Source: Eukaryota sp. TZLM1-RC | Lineage: Eukaryota; Protista; Metamonada: BaSk clade | Length of the DNA: 64,000 nt | Assembly (NCBI GenBank): GCA_040285825.1 | Contig: JAUPSS010000003.1 | Coordinates: forward strand, 1,178,001 to 1,242,000 | Direction of reading: 5' to 3' | Shown here: in pieces, positions 1 to 12,124 of the stretch | How positions within the stretch are numbered: the first letter of the stretch is position 1 | Layout: the number at the start of each line of letters is the position of its first letter | Position numbers and translations under genes: made by a program | Notes under the pieces: model-generated | Told to the model about the DNA's origin: nothing | Seen by the model: only the letters and a program-made list of their open reading frames with translations | Database searches by the model: none

Positions 1-2
1 GA

Positions 3-329
3 TTAATCCATCAACTCCTCTAAAGTGGACTGTATGTGTGGTACATTCAGCCCTTCGAAATCATGTACTTGTTCGCCATTGTGGAAGACTAAAAACCGGG
101 GACAAGAGCCACACTGACCAAATTGGTTGATGACATTTGTGTCAACGAGAAGGAATTTAATGTCCTTCCCTAGGTAATCGACCTTCCAACGCTTAACAGT
201 TGCAACTATCGATGTACAGCGTCCCCAGGTAGGAGAAAAGAGTTCAATGAGAACAGTGCCCGAAGATAGAAGAGAGGAAAGTTGATCTTCGGAAGTTACA
301 ATCTCGTAGGGTTCCTGATTTTTAGACAT
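3..329 (-). CDS. Thioredoxin-fold protein, probably axonemal dynein light chain/NME8-N-like, with a single active-site Cys
   Basis: 108-aa ORF: VLIELFSPTWGRCTSI (WCGPC-like, first Cys lost), SCPRFLVFHNGEQV and EGLNVPHI match the thioredoxin pattern. Confidence 0.7.
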   Translation of the reverse strand: MSKNQEPYEIVTSEDQLSSLLSSGTVLIELFSPTWGRCTSIVATVKRWKVDYLGKDIKFLLVDTNVINQFGQCGSCPRFLVFHNGEQVHDFEGLNVPHIQSTLEELMD

Positions 330-452
330 CGTCTAGTTACAGAATGTTGAATAGTAGAAACCTGTTGAGACTTCTACTGTGTGTATGTGAAAAAAATGAG
401 TTTGTTCAAAAGACCTTACTGACGAATTGAAATAGAAATATCGAATACACAT

Positions 453-1299
453 TTAAAGCTCTACATCCTCAAAACCTACCTCTGCTACATCGAAATAGTT
501 AATTACCAAAGATTCTGAAATCGACCAAAGGAAGAAAGTGAATCAGAAATTAATTTCAACATTTCCTTATAAATAGAAAAAACAATCCTGTTTTGCCAAT
601 AAACAGGATTGGAAATTCTTCCAGTTCTGTCTTTTACAACTACGGTGAAGTCCTCAAGGTGTGCCAAAGCAGTCTTACCATAAGAACCGAGCAATGAAAA
701 AGGAAAGGGACATAAATTATATTGGGCATGAGAAGTATTTAAATTTTTATTAACAGAAGAAGGACATTTTGCATACTTAGCAATTTTGTATATTTTCGCA
801 GCACAAAGAGGAGTATTGACATAAGAAAGGAAATGTTGATTAGAAGACTTACAAGGGTCAATGGACATGGCATCTATAATGGTGCAGCTGCCATTTAGGA
901 CAGAAACAACCAAATCCCCTCTTGTCAGACCTATAGAAGCTCTTTTGTCACCCGTACTGTCAAAATTGGGGTCATCAAGAATTAATTTCGATAACAATAG
1001 TTTTGAAAAGGAATTTATGAAATATGATTTGCGCATGACATAAATTTGGTCCCTAACATTATAATATACTTTACTTCCAAAGGTAATAAAATGTTCACAG
1101 TTCAAAAGATGAGTAAACAAAAGAGGTTTATCACATTCACAAGCTAAACGACCAGGCAAATTTTTAGCCATAGAAAACAACGTAAACACATGCTCAAAAG
1201 CCATTCATTGTCTTTTGAAAGAAGATGATGAGTAGAGGGCCATTGAGCAACTAGAGAAACAGTAGAACCATTGCGAATGTTTTTTCTAAAATGATCAAA
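453..1299 (-). mobile_element. 3' part of a degenerate CRE-like RLE non-LTR retrotransposon, split by the LTR element
   Basis: CECDKPLLFTHLLNC zinc knuckle, RGDL..IIDA endonuclease motif and WQNRIVFSIYK. The C-terminus matches other copies at 19730 and 56860. Confidence 0.8.
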
Positions 1300-1444
1300 T
1301 GTTGGCTCTTAGCCATAGTAGTTAAGTGATGACGTGTCACTGCTATATTTAGATTGTTGTAATTTTATCTTTGATTTTCCTTGTTGCATTGATAAACATC
1401 TGTCTTCGTTTGTAATGCTATTTACTTGTGCACGAAACCCAACA
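1300..1444 (+). repeat. 5' LTR
   Basis: Identical by eye to 8685-8829; 6-bp terminal inverted repeat TGTTGG/CCAACA. Confidence 0.97.
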
Positions 1445-4400
1445 GTAATTACTGTGGATCCCAAGGATCATCTAACCCTAGTTGCTCCCTTCCTCCGTGC
1501 CTCCGGTCGAGAAGCTGTCTCCCGGTTTGTTGAGGAGCTTAGGGTCTATGCTGTCCGCATGGCTTCCCATGCTAGTTCCCGTCCCCGTTCCAGTTCCAGT
1601 TCCCGTTCCCGTCCTCCTTCCGCTGAAGCTGAAAAAGCTGAAATCCCTACTGACCAGTTCAAGCCGCAAACTGACGACCGTAGAAGCATAAGCATCCGGT
1701 CTCACGCTGACCCTTCTACAACTGTACCTCAGACCTCTGCTCTAGAGGAAGACAACCCTGAGCAAGTCCATTATAACCTTCTTTCCAATAAAGAAGATGC
1801 AGAAGCCACTGCTGAGCTTCAAGCTTCTTCCACTGAATCTGTTAGTTCCAAGACCAACATTAACAATTTCACTGGTCTCCGTTCCTTCTCCTCTCTTGAT
1901 TATGATGACTTGGCCGCTCTCATCTCCCCACATTTACCTCATACCATTTCTCCAGAAGTCCTTGAAACCTTTATGGTTATGGAGAACGTGGATCCCAATG
2001 ACCCTGACTCCATTGCTCGCTACCTTATTTCCTGTGGTGAGGTTGAAGACACCTCAGAAGTCTACCTTCAACTTGAGCGCCTTCGTCTAAACCTGAACTC
2101 GTCCTCCGCCTCTGATGCTATAGCTGCTTACACTACTGCCTTTCTGAAGATCCTTCGTCTAGCTCCTTCTTTTACTGACTCCAAATCTAAACTCCACTTC
2201 TTTATTAATGGTATTCGTCCTGACGCTGTGAAACGCATTTTGAAACATGATATGCGTAATGAAGACATCCAAGACCTACCGGAACTGATCTCTCGCCTTA
2301 AAGAACTTTTACCAAGATACCATTTACCTTACTCAGAATTCTACTCCTTCAACAAGCGTTCTTCTGCACCTGGTCCTCGCAATATTGACCAACAAAGTTA
2401 TCACTCTCGTCCTTCTTCTCGTTTCTCTTCCCGACTACACTCCAATCAGTCTCATCCCAAGCATAACCGTAATCCCTCTTTCAGAACTCCTCGTAATCCC
2501 CGAACTTCTTCCACTTCTTCAAAAACACCTATTAAATCTGCCTCCAAATCTTCTCAAGACGTCGTCTGTCGCTTCTGTAAACAGCCTGGTCATATGATCA
2601 AGGATTGTCCTGATCCCAGCTGCCGTGTTTCTCAACAACACAAATCTGACTCTCAGCCTCGCTACCGTAACCCCCGTGAACCAGTAGGAAGAAGAGAGAT
2701 TCCTACTCGAAAACGTAATCCCCAGCTTAATTCCATCATTTCTTCTATCCAGGATGGAATTAAAGAAGATCATGACATTGATCATACCTATCTCCCTATT
2801 TATGTAACTCACTCTCCATCTAGTTCGGAATCTGAAACTTCCTATAATGTAACCTTGAATCCTTTAATAAACTTTGATAATTATTCCGACTATTCTTCCG
2901 CATCTCCGTCATCTCCTTTATCCCTAGAACATTTCTCTGACTCGGACTGCTTTGAATTCGCTAACCTTTTTGAGAACTTAGATCTCATTACCTGCCCTTC
3001 TTATCCTTCTTCTGATTCTGAATCTCCTGCAAAACCATCTCGTCTTAATTCTTCCTCGTCCTTTGTTTCTACACCCTTATCTCGTGTTGCTAAGGAAGCT
3101 TCTATATCTGATGAATTTAGACCAACTACTCTTAGAACAGATACATCCTCTCTGGTACCGCTAGGAAAAGCTCCTGGTTCATCCAACAAATCCTTGTCGC
3201 TGGAAGCTAATCCCGACCTCGACTCTGATTATGAACCGGTGCACGCTGACTGTGCTCGGCACAACAGTGGAGTAACTGGGCTTGGAAACTCTGTTACTAA
3301 GAGAAGTAATCTAAATCGTCACGATAACAAAGTCCCTTCAACTACCACTAATCCCTGCCATCCCTCTGACTCTTCTCATGCCTCTGTTGTTATTCCTAAT
3401 CCTAAGATAACCATTCCTCTGAAAGAACTAAATAAACCCATGGACCGAAAACTTTTACACTTACGAATCTTCGCTGGAAAAGACCAGATCATTTATGGAA
3501 TGATCGATACTGGTGCAACAATATCCTGTATATCTCGAGATCTTGTAAAGGTAGCTCGATTGAAACCAACTGGAAGTTCTCTGAAACTCAACCTAGCTGA
3601 TAACAACTCAGTGGAATGCCAGCTAGTCTCCGGAACCCTTGCCTTTGCTCTTGGTGGAACTGCCAAACTAATCTATGTCTCTACTACTTTAGCTGTCCTT
3701 GATTGCCCTAACTCCTGCCCAATAGGTTGTGATCTTTTGAAATCACTTGGATTACTCACCAACAATTATCTATTCATAAACTTAACAGAAAGAAACTTAT
3801 CTATTCAAGACGAAAACGCTGTACCCGACCAATTCATGCCTCCTGCTTTAACTGTATCCACTGCTGTAACCCTGCCTGACCTTGACAAGGCTAAATTCTT
3901 ACTAGACGACTCGACTCTAACTCAAAATATTAAAGACCTCCTTCTAAAGTATCCTCAAATCTTTTTTAAACTTCCTGACTCCCGTGGAATTGATTGCCCT
4001 CCAATGACTATTGAGTTCTATGACGAATCTGAAATAGTCTCGAAGAATGCCCGCTACTTGCCTCCCGACAAGCTTCGCATCGCTAACGAACAGATTGACT
4101 TACTTATTGAACATGGATTCGCCGTCCCTTACGATGGACCTTTCTCTTTTCCCATCTGTTTGGTACAAGCTCCAGGAAAACCACCCAGACTCACTGGCGA
4201 TTACTCTGGCTCAGACGGAATCAATGCCAAAACCGTACCTATACCCGCTGATCTCCCTAGAATCTCTGATGTTTGTAGATTTCCTTCAAACGCAACTTAC
4301 ATCGCTACCCTGGATTTACCCAAAGCCTTTTGGCAACTTAACCTTCACCCCGACCATCAGCCAAAGACCGCTATCTCAATACCTGGAAGAAAAGTGATGT

Positions 4401-5121
4401 TCACTCGCGCCTCCTTTGGACTTAAGAATGTCCCTGCGATCTTTCAAAATCTGATGAAAAGGATATTCAACATAGACGGAATATTTATCTACATGGACGA
4501 TTTAATCCTTGCCGCTGACTCTAAACCTGAATTTCTTGCTAGACTCGACAAACTTTTCGCATTAGCTCAACAGTTCCGTGTGCGCATAGGACTCCACAAA
4601 TGCGCCTTTCAAACTAAAGACCACCCCATCAAAGTTTTAGGAACCATTTTCGAGAATGGAACTTGAAAAATATGTCCTTCTAGAATCGAAACCTTAAGCA
4701 AGCTTTCTCCTCCAACCTCTGTTCCCGAACTACGTTCTTTCGTAGGTTCGATTAACTTTATTCGCGACTGGCTACCTTCTGTCAGTGCTGAACTTGCTCC
4801 CCTTACAGCTCTCTTACAAAAGAAACCGAAGAAGATCAAACTCGGTGAAAAAGAAATCAAATGCTTTGAAAACATCAAAACCATGCTAATTAACAGTACC
4901 CCTCTCGCCTTACCAGACGCCAATTCTACAATCCTGATCTCAACAAATGCCTCTGACAAAGCCATTGTCGGCATCATTTGGAAGGAACTTGAACCCTCAC
5001 CACCAGGAACTTGCCTATCCAAACGCAAGGTAGCTCCCGTATCTTTCTATTCCCGGATCTTAACCGCCTCCCAACGGAACTGGTCCACTATGCAAAAAAA
5101 ACTTTTTGCTATAGTAATGAC

Positions 5122-5348
5122 CAGGGATTATTAAAGTGGTCCAAAAAATGGAATTAAAGTACTTTATTTACTTTAAACTTTATTTTGTACTTTTTGCTTG
5201 ATGCAGTAAAGTTGCTTAAAGTGAGATAAAGTAGTGACAGCTCCCAATCAGGGATGACTAAAGTGGTCCAACATATGGAATTAAAGTACTTTATTTACTT
5301 TAAGTAATGTAAAGTGACTAAAGTACTTTATCACTTTAGTCATCCCTG
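5122..5348. mobile_element. hAT-type MITE inserted in the RNase H coding region
   Basis: 17-bp TIRs CAGGGAT(T/G)A(T/C)TAAAGTG, 8-bp TSD GTAATGAC (5114-5121 / 5349-5356); internal second left end at 5249. Confidence 0.93.
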
Positions 5349-8300
5349 GTAATGACCTTAAACCAACCTAACCTTTCCTCCTTCCTGATGACTAAACATC
5401 TCACAATATTTTGCGACCATAAAAATCTATCTTATCTCTTGTCTTGCCCTGACGAAAATCGCGTGGTCTTACGCTGGATTCCAGTCCTTCAATTTTTCGA
5501 ATTCGACATAGTACATATCGAAGGTCCCAAGAATTTTTGGGCCGATTACTTATCTCGTACTAACCTGGATTCTCCTAAGAAAACCCCCGGAAAGAAAGAA
5601 AGAAAGACCAGAAATAGTACTGCTCGTACTAAAAATGCTGTTGAAAAATGCTGCTCACTGCTCCGCCCTAACTCTGTTCATGGAAACTCCCTTTCTAGTC
5701 TGTTCAACTACCTGAACTTAGCCGAATTAGATCTAGATCCGATAACCTGGTATAACCCCTCATATGAAGACGCTGCCAAAGTAATTCATCCTTCTGCTTT
5801 AAGACATCCCAAGTCCGCCTTCGCTGAGATTAACGCCTTAAAACACTTTTCTCATTTTGAACCAATAACTAACTCCGTCCACAGAGACCTCATTGATCGT
5901 AACTGTATAGCCTTTTTCTTTATCCTCTCAACTGACTTACCCAGAATGCATGTCCGTGAATTTGTTGACTCTTCTACTCATAATCTTAATGACCTGATCC
6001 AACATGGCAATTGGAACTTGAAACTTTACTTCCACCACCCTAAAAATCCTTCTCTGAATTATCATCCTGATACCATTCCCGCTAATGCACTAAGAATCAG
6101 ATTGAATCGCCTCTGCTCCTCAGTCTCCTTGGACGATTTATATTATCACCTTAATATCTTTCATCTTCTACCTTTACCTACACATATGTATCCTTTCAAC
6201 ATCGATCATAACCGATTTATCTCTCGTGGATTTGAAGACTTCTTAATTGACTCTGACCGTTCAAAATATATCTCTGCCTGCTGGAAACTTCCTCATCCTT
6301 GTCGTCTCAGTCTTCTAGATCTCCATACCTGTGCTACTAAGACTGACACCAACGACGAATATCCTCATGATATCCCCAGCGTTCCCACACTAGACCTCCC
6401 TATCACTGTCTTAGACGAACAACTCTATCTCTGGGCCTTGCACAACTCCACTCCCTTGTACTCTACCCGTGGAACTCCTGCCCTTGATCCGAACAGGATT
6501 AGTCGTGACCACTCAAATTGGAATAGATACGAAAACACTCGAGTCTTTTCTAATTATATCCGCCACTGACCTTACTTGCTTGATCCCTCTCGAAACATTA
6601 CCACCTTTATACCTTTGTGTTTACTTAAACCCTGTATATTGTATATACACCACTTTGCCGATGACGAACTGACTCCTTGTGAATTTCCAATTCCTTGCTT
6701 CAAAACCATTTGGTCTGATCAAATTGATCCAGAGTCTCACTCTATTCGAATCAGCTATGCTTTAGCTGACCTTTCATCCTCCGAACCATTACTAGCAGAA
6801 TCTTTTCACCCAACTCAGTACTGTTGTCACCTTGATGACATTGAACCTCTTATTATAGGTACTCCTCACCCTCGTCCTTCTCGCCAAGACTTCTTGATCT
6901 ACGAAAGAATTCTTCCAGTTACTAGAACCGGAAATTATAGCGGTTTTGTCTACCACGATAGCGAAGGAAGAAAATTTCTTCATCCCTCCTTTGTTATTGA
7001 ACCTGCCCTCTCTCGTTTTGACTCGCTGAAACGATGGTTCCCTGAACTTGTCAACCATCGACAATTCCTTAGAAGCCAATCTGGCCAATCAGATTCCTCA
7101 CCTCCTCCTTGTGACCCTAGAACTGCTGAAGAAATCATTGAGATATCCAGCTCTTCCGACGTCGACATGGAAACTGCCTTCTGTATAGTTGCCGCCACTT
7201 CTGAGTCTCAACAGTCCGAATCCTCTGAGTCACTGCTATCTAACCAAAACCCATCTCCTAGTTCAAAGTTCCTAAGTAAGATTATTAAAGAACAACAGAA
7301 GTTGTCCGATTCTGATTCTCTATTCGCTGACTCCTACATTCACAGAAGTACTGGATTAAAAATGCTGACTTCTTCTCAACCTAAGATCCTGATTCCTCCA
7401 TCTCTCCGTCCTGAGATCCTACTACTGACTCATGGTTCAGTAGAATCTGGCCATCCACCCACAGATATTGCCTGGAAGAAACTAAAAGATTCCGATTTCC
7501 ACTGGCCTAACATGAAAGCCGATCTAATCTCTCATATCGCTGGATGTATCCCCTGCCAGAAAACTTCTCCAATTTCTAAGAACTCTATTCCCTCTACAGG
7601 ATCTCTTAACTCCGCTAAACGCCCTTTCGAGTATCTACATTGTGATACTATTGGTCCTCTGTCTGTTGACTCCTATGGTAACAAATATGTTATCCACTTC
7701 GTAGACGCCTTTTCCAAATTTTCAATTCTTGTCACAGTTGCCGATGTTACCGCTCTTACTGTGGTAAACTCTATCCTTGTTCACGTCTACTCCGTCTTTG
7801 GAGCTCCTCGTTCGATCCATTCCGATAATGGACCTGAATTCTCTAATAAGATCTTTTCTCTACTGTGTCAATTCTTGAATATTGAACACACCTTGTCCAT
7901 TCCTCACTTTCATCAATCTAATGGACTTGTCGAAAGACAACATCGTACTGACCTCCAAGCCTTGAGAAAACTGTTACTTGATTTCGCTGACTACCAGAAC
8001 TGGTCAGATTATATACCAATCTGCCAGCTTATTGTAAATTCTCACCCTAGGAAATCTCTTGGAACCTCTCCTTATTTCTTATTCTTTGGAACTAATTCTT
8101 CCCCTCGACTTCTTCCTCATGAAATACTTGAATCCCTCAAACCTCCTGCTAACCAACCTGACCTCCCTGATTATCTTGCTCATCTTACTTCCTTGACTCA
8201 AACCCTTACCGACTCTTGGAATAAAATAGATCTGGATTCTATTGCCATTGAACCTAATGCTCCTTTAACCTGTAAGCTTCAACCTGGTGATTGTGTGTTT

Positions 8301-8663
8301 GTTCTTCGAGACAAACCAGCAAAGCTTCATGGCCATTTTGTAGGAACTTATGTTGTTGAAAAACAACTTACCAACTCTTCGATCCTAGTGAAGAATCCTA
8401 TTACCAAGAACTTGCTTAAAACCTCAATCCACTTAGTTACACCCTGTACTTCCTCCCTGCCTAAAGAAATTCTTGATTCTTATGTCGCCGCTGATAAAGG
8501 AGAACATGTCATAGATGCCATCGATTCTATCGAAAACAACGACGCTACTATAATCTGGTCAGATGGAACCAGTACTGTACAACCTGTAGACTCAATCAAG
8601 AATACTGCTGCCTACAAACGTTTTATGCTGCTCCATGAAGATGTTCCTAAGAAGAAAACCCGT

Positions 8664-8684
8664 GGAAAAAGAAAGAAGAGGTAG
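8664..8684 (+). other. Polypurine tract of the LTR element
   Basis: GGAAAAAGAAAGAAGAGGTAG abuts the 3' LTR and also encodes GKRKKR-stop. Confidence 0.85.
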
Positions 8685-8829
8685 TGTTGGCTCTTAGCCA
8701 TAGTAGTTAAGTGATGACGTGTCACTGCTATATTTAGATTGTTGTAATTTTATCTTTGATTTTCCTTGTTGCATTGATAAACATCTGTCTTCGTTTGTAA
8801 TGCTATTTACTTGTGCACGAAACCCAACA
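8685..8829 (+). repeat. 3' LTR
   Basis: Identical by eye to 1300-1444; directly preceded by the polypurine tract. Confidence 0.97.
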
Positions 8830-9930
8830 CAAAAGCAGGATCTTAGTTTTGGCGAAGTCAAGTCTTATTTCATAATCCAAATAATCATACAATTGAAAAA
8901 AATAGTGCTGGCGCAACTTTGAACAAATTATTTTGAGGGAGTCTGACAAGAAGTCTTTCCACCTCCTAAAAATGCCGCTTTACATAAAATAGATGATTTT
9001 GTTAAGCCAATTCGACCCAAATCAGCGGAACCAATTATATTGTTTGGAATCATAGATTCATTAACTTCTAATAAGACAGTTAAAAATTTGACCCAAAATT
9101 TGCTAAATGAACTGCAAAAAGTGAGAGACACTGAAAGGAGAGTAGATCTTCAAATTTGAGACAATTTTCCGCAAAAACAAATTGTTAAAATAACAAATTT
9201 GATATGTTTGTTAATGTGACCTTCCACAATAGAATTCCGATCCTTATCAAATTTCTCCGATACATGGTTTAAATTGAATTCAATTAAATCCAAATCACCT
9301 AGCCTACCCCACGATACTTAAAAGCTTGTTGGTCATAATTGATGAATGGAATGTCTGTCCCATTTATCACCACAGTTTGTTTTTCCGGACCAATTTAAAG
9401 GTATTTAGATTGGTTCAAAGCCAATCCAGTTTCTTTGCATTTGTGAATAATACCTTTATAAACTTTACAAATGCTTTGAAACGAACCAATAATGGAAACA
9501 TGATCCATATAAACAACAATACGCAGTTCAAGAATAATTTTTTTGAGTAGATTGAATAATTTTTTGAATAGCCAAACAAAACAGCAAAGGGTTAAGATGG
9601 TCACCCTGTTTCACGATTCAAGAGTAGAGAGTCAATAATTAAATCCGATTGTTTCCACAAAATCAATAAATATAACCAGAAAGTTCATGAGATTCCTGAA
9701 GAAGCGCATCATAAATAGAACGCTTTACTGAGTTGATAGCATTTTTAAAATCTAAAGTAAAAATGTATTGACTATCTTGGCTACTGAAAACACATCTGAA
9801 CTCATTGAAGCAGAAAAGCACCTTCACTAGCTGTTTTATCAAATTGGAAAGGGTTGAAGAAATTCCTGGCCTAAGTAGAAACTCTATTGAAAATAAGTGA
9901 AAATCTGCAATCTGGTTACAGATTCTCCGA
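8830..9930 (-). mobile_element. RT-containing part of the same degenerate non-LTR element as 453-1299
   Basis: Fragments LDFKNAINSVKRS, VYMDHV and CKAAFLGGGK are collinear with the better-preserved copy at 54839-56901. Confidence 0.8.
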
Positions 9931-10929
9931 TAGCAATTCAGGATGTTAGAGCTCAAGGACACACCCAACACACTCATCAAACAATAACAATAAATAATTT
10001 TATATAAATTACACATAAATATAGAAACAACTACACAGCTGAGGCAAGACATTATGCCACCTATCAGTGTTTGGCCTATGGCGGTAGAGCAATGTGTATC
10101 AATAGAAATACTTACACACATTATGGTTTAATAGTTCCCTACAATCAAAATTCATATCTTTTCGAAGGACAGGTTGTAGTCACTGGAGTTATGAAGGACG
10201 TGAATGAAGGAGACAAAGCTCACATAGATTGATATTGGCAGCGTGTATAGCTGTAATTTGGAATAATTCTCTGGTGTTATGGTTCTACTGATTGCTGTGT
10301 GGCGACATGGACATTAGTAACTAAGAGGTATAGAGGGCCACTGACCATATCAGGCTCATGTCAAAACAGTTAATAATATATAAAGTAAACAGATGGTGTT
10401 TCCATTGTAAGACCTACATGAAAGATAACAAGGCAAAACAAACAGTTGTTAAAATAGAACCAACAACACAACCCAGCAAAGGTGTAAGGCCGGGAACATT
10501 GAAGGTGGAGACAAATACGATGACAGGAAGCCCTCCGAAGAGGACGTATCAGCTGTCAAACTGATAAGAACAGATACTACACTTGATCTAAGCCATATAG
10601 GCGAAGACTAAACGAAAAAGATTTCTTTCCCAATTTGAACCCTATCACTAGTGAAGTCATCATTTAATTATGAACATATTTGAATCAGAAATAGTGTATC
10701 TAAATTAATCGTACAGCTGCTTTAACTCCAAGCATGTTTTTTGTATTTCTATTTATTTCCTATTTTTTTTCTAATGTTACAAATAGTTCTGTTATAAAAC
10801 CAATTCAACCAAATCGCTGTGAACAAAGCACTTGCTCACTAAGATTATGCTGAACACACAAAGATAAATAATATTTTTTTAAATAATACCACCTACATTG
10901 TGAAACACTCTTTGAGCGAGAGGAGGTTC

Positions 10930-11075
10930 CACAACTTCAACCATTTTACCAATAGATTTGTACAAGCTGCACACAATTCGATTGGGTGGATGAAGGGCAT
11001 TTTTAATAATGAAATTATTAAATTCAACCAACAACAACGTTGCCTCAGGTCCTAATTGTTCATTTCAGGAAATAG
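10930..11075 (-). mobile_element. Highly degraded non-LTR 3'-end remnant
   Basis: Minus-strand translation QLGPEATLLLVEF...NRIVCSLYKSI resembles the RLE-element C-terminus. Confidence 0.4.
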
Positions 11076-11358
11076 CAAATCATCATTAGAATTTACAACA
11101 TTACGTTGTTGATTTGAAATATTGGAACTTTAAGCTGTGTTTCTACCTGCAAGCATGATGTTGGTGCTCAGAAGTACATTTTCCATGTATCATTCTACTA
11201 ATGTCAAAAACATATATTATTATTGTAGTTCACAGACACATTCAACGCTAAATAATGGAAAAAATAAACTAGACTAAACCCTAAATTACAGTTTATTTAT
11301 TAGAACAAATCAATAAGAAAAAAAAGTAAATTACAAATTAGAATATAAAGGCACATCC

Positions 11359-12060
11359 TTAATTGATGAGGACCAATCCCTTTTCCAACTTGGCAATATC
11401 CTGCTCCAATTGATTCATTAATCGTTCCAAGTAATTCTTCCTATTAATCTTAGATTCAGTATCAATAACCATTGGTAATCTTGAAAACTCTTGATAAGCT
11501 TCATCCCACCGTTGTCGGAGACCCTGTAAAAGTTCTTGGCGTTCTTCTTCAGAGAGAACATCAACTGTCGCTTGTCTAGATGCGTTGTTACGCTCTTCTT
11601 GCAAATGACGAAGAGTATCGTACTCCTGTTCGACTTCTTTCTTGATTGTTTCAAGGTAAGCAGGAACAGTTCCGTAATCGGGTTTCTTCGTGTATTGTAC
11701 ATTGTTCTTGGTGGGAGCGGGTGGACGTTGGAGACAAGCTTCAACAGCATTAGTCGTGATGAAGCTCTTAGTTGAGACGAGGCCCATTTGTGGAACTTCG
11801 TGCTTTTTTGGAACAGGGGGTTTTCGTTCATGACAAAGATGTCTTTCATACTTTTCTGTGGATTTTTCAAGATGTGTCATCGTACCAGTTTTTTCAAACT
11901 TCTTGAGAAACTTGTCGGTTTTAGGTTTGGCTTCAGGACGCCCAATTGTGGCATGTGAGCATTTTTTGGAAGGAACAACACCTGAATGCTTTGACCGATA
12001 GAGAGGGGCCTTTTTGGGCTCTTCCACGGGTTTCGGTATAAGATTGAAGACAGATTCCAT
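11359..12060 (-). CDS. ENKUR: Enkurin
   Basis: MESVFNLIP..YRSKH start, KSFITTNAVEA, DYGTVPAYL, LSEEERQELLQGLRQRW..LEQDIAKLEK enkurin domain; true ATG at 12060. Confidence 0.88.
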   Translation of the reverse strand: MESVFNLIPKPVEEPKKAPLYRSKHSGVVPSKKCSHATIGRPEAKPKTDKFLKKFEKTGTMTHLEKSTEKYERHLCHERKPPVPKKHEVPQMGLVSTKSFITTNAVEACLQRPPAPTKNNVQYTKKPDYGTVPAYLETIKKEVEQEYDTLRHLQEERNNASRQATVDVLSEEERQELLQGLRQRWDEAYQEFSRLPMVIDTESKINRKNYLERLMNQLEQDIAKLEKGLVLIN

Positions 12061-12124
12061 TAAGAAATTGGAAAAGGGAGTTCGGGGAATGAGAATATCA
12101 ACTTCCAAAACATTCATATACCGA

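Larger units (their letters stand above)
1415..8684 (+). pseudogene. Single gag-pol polyprotein (~2344 aa reconstructed), disrupted by two in-frame TGA codons and a MITE
   Basis: Zinc knuckle CRFCKQPGHMIKDC, protease MIDTGA, RT LDLPKAFWQ and YMDD, RNase H FCDHKNL..WADYLSR, integrase HHCC plus CDT/SDNG/VER, chromo-like tail. TGAs at 4664 and 6567 are in frame; removing 5122-5356 restores the frame. Confidence 0.92.
1300..8829 (+). mobile_element. Full-length Ty3/gypsy (chromovirus-like) LTR retrotransposon, inactivated
   Basis: Two 145-bp TGTTGG...CCAACA LTRs, 4-bp TSD CAAA (1296-1299 / 8830-8833), domain order gag-PR-RT-RH-(insert)-IN-chromo. Confidence 0.97.

Noticed and set aside
8719-8922. 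Small ORF duplicating the gag N-terminus
   Set aside because: It is only the 3' LTR read in the same frame
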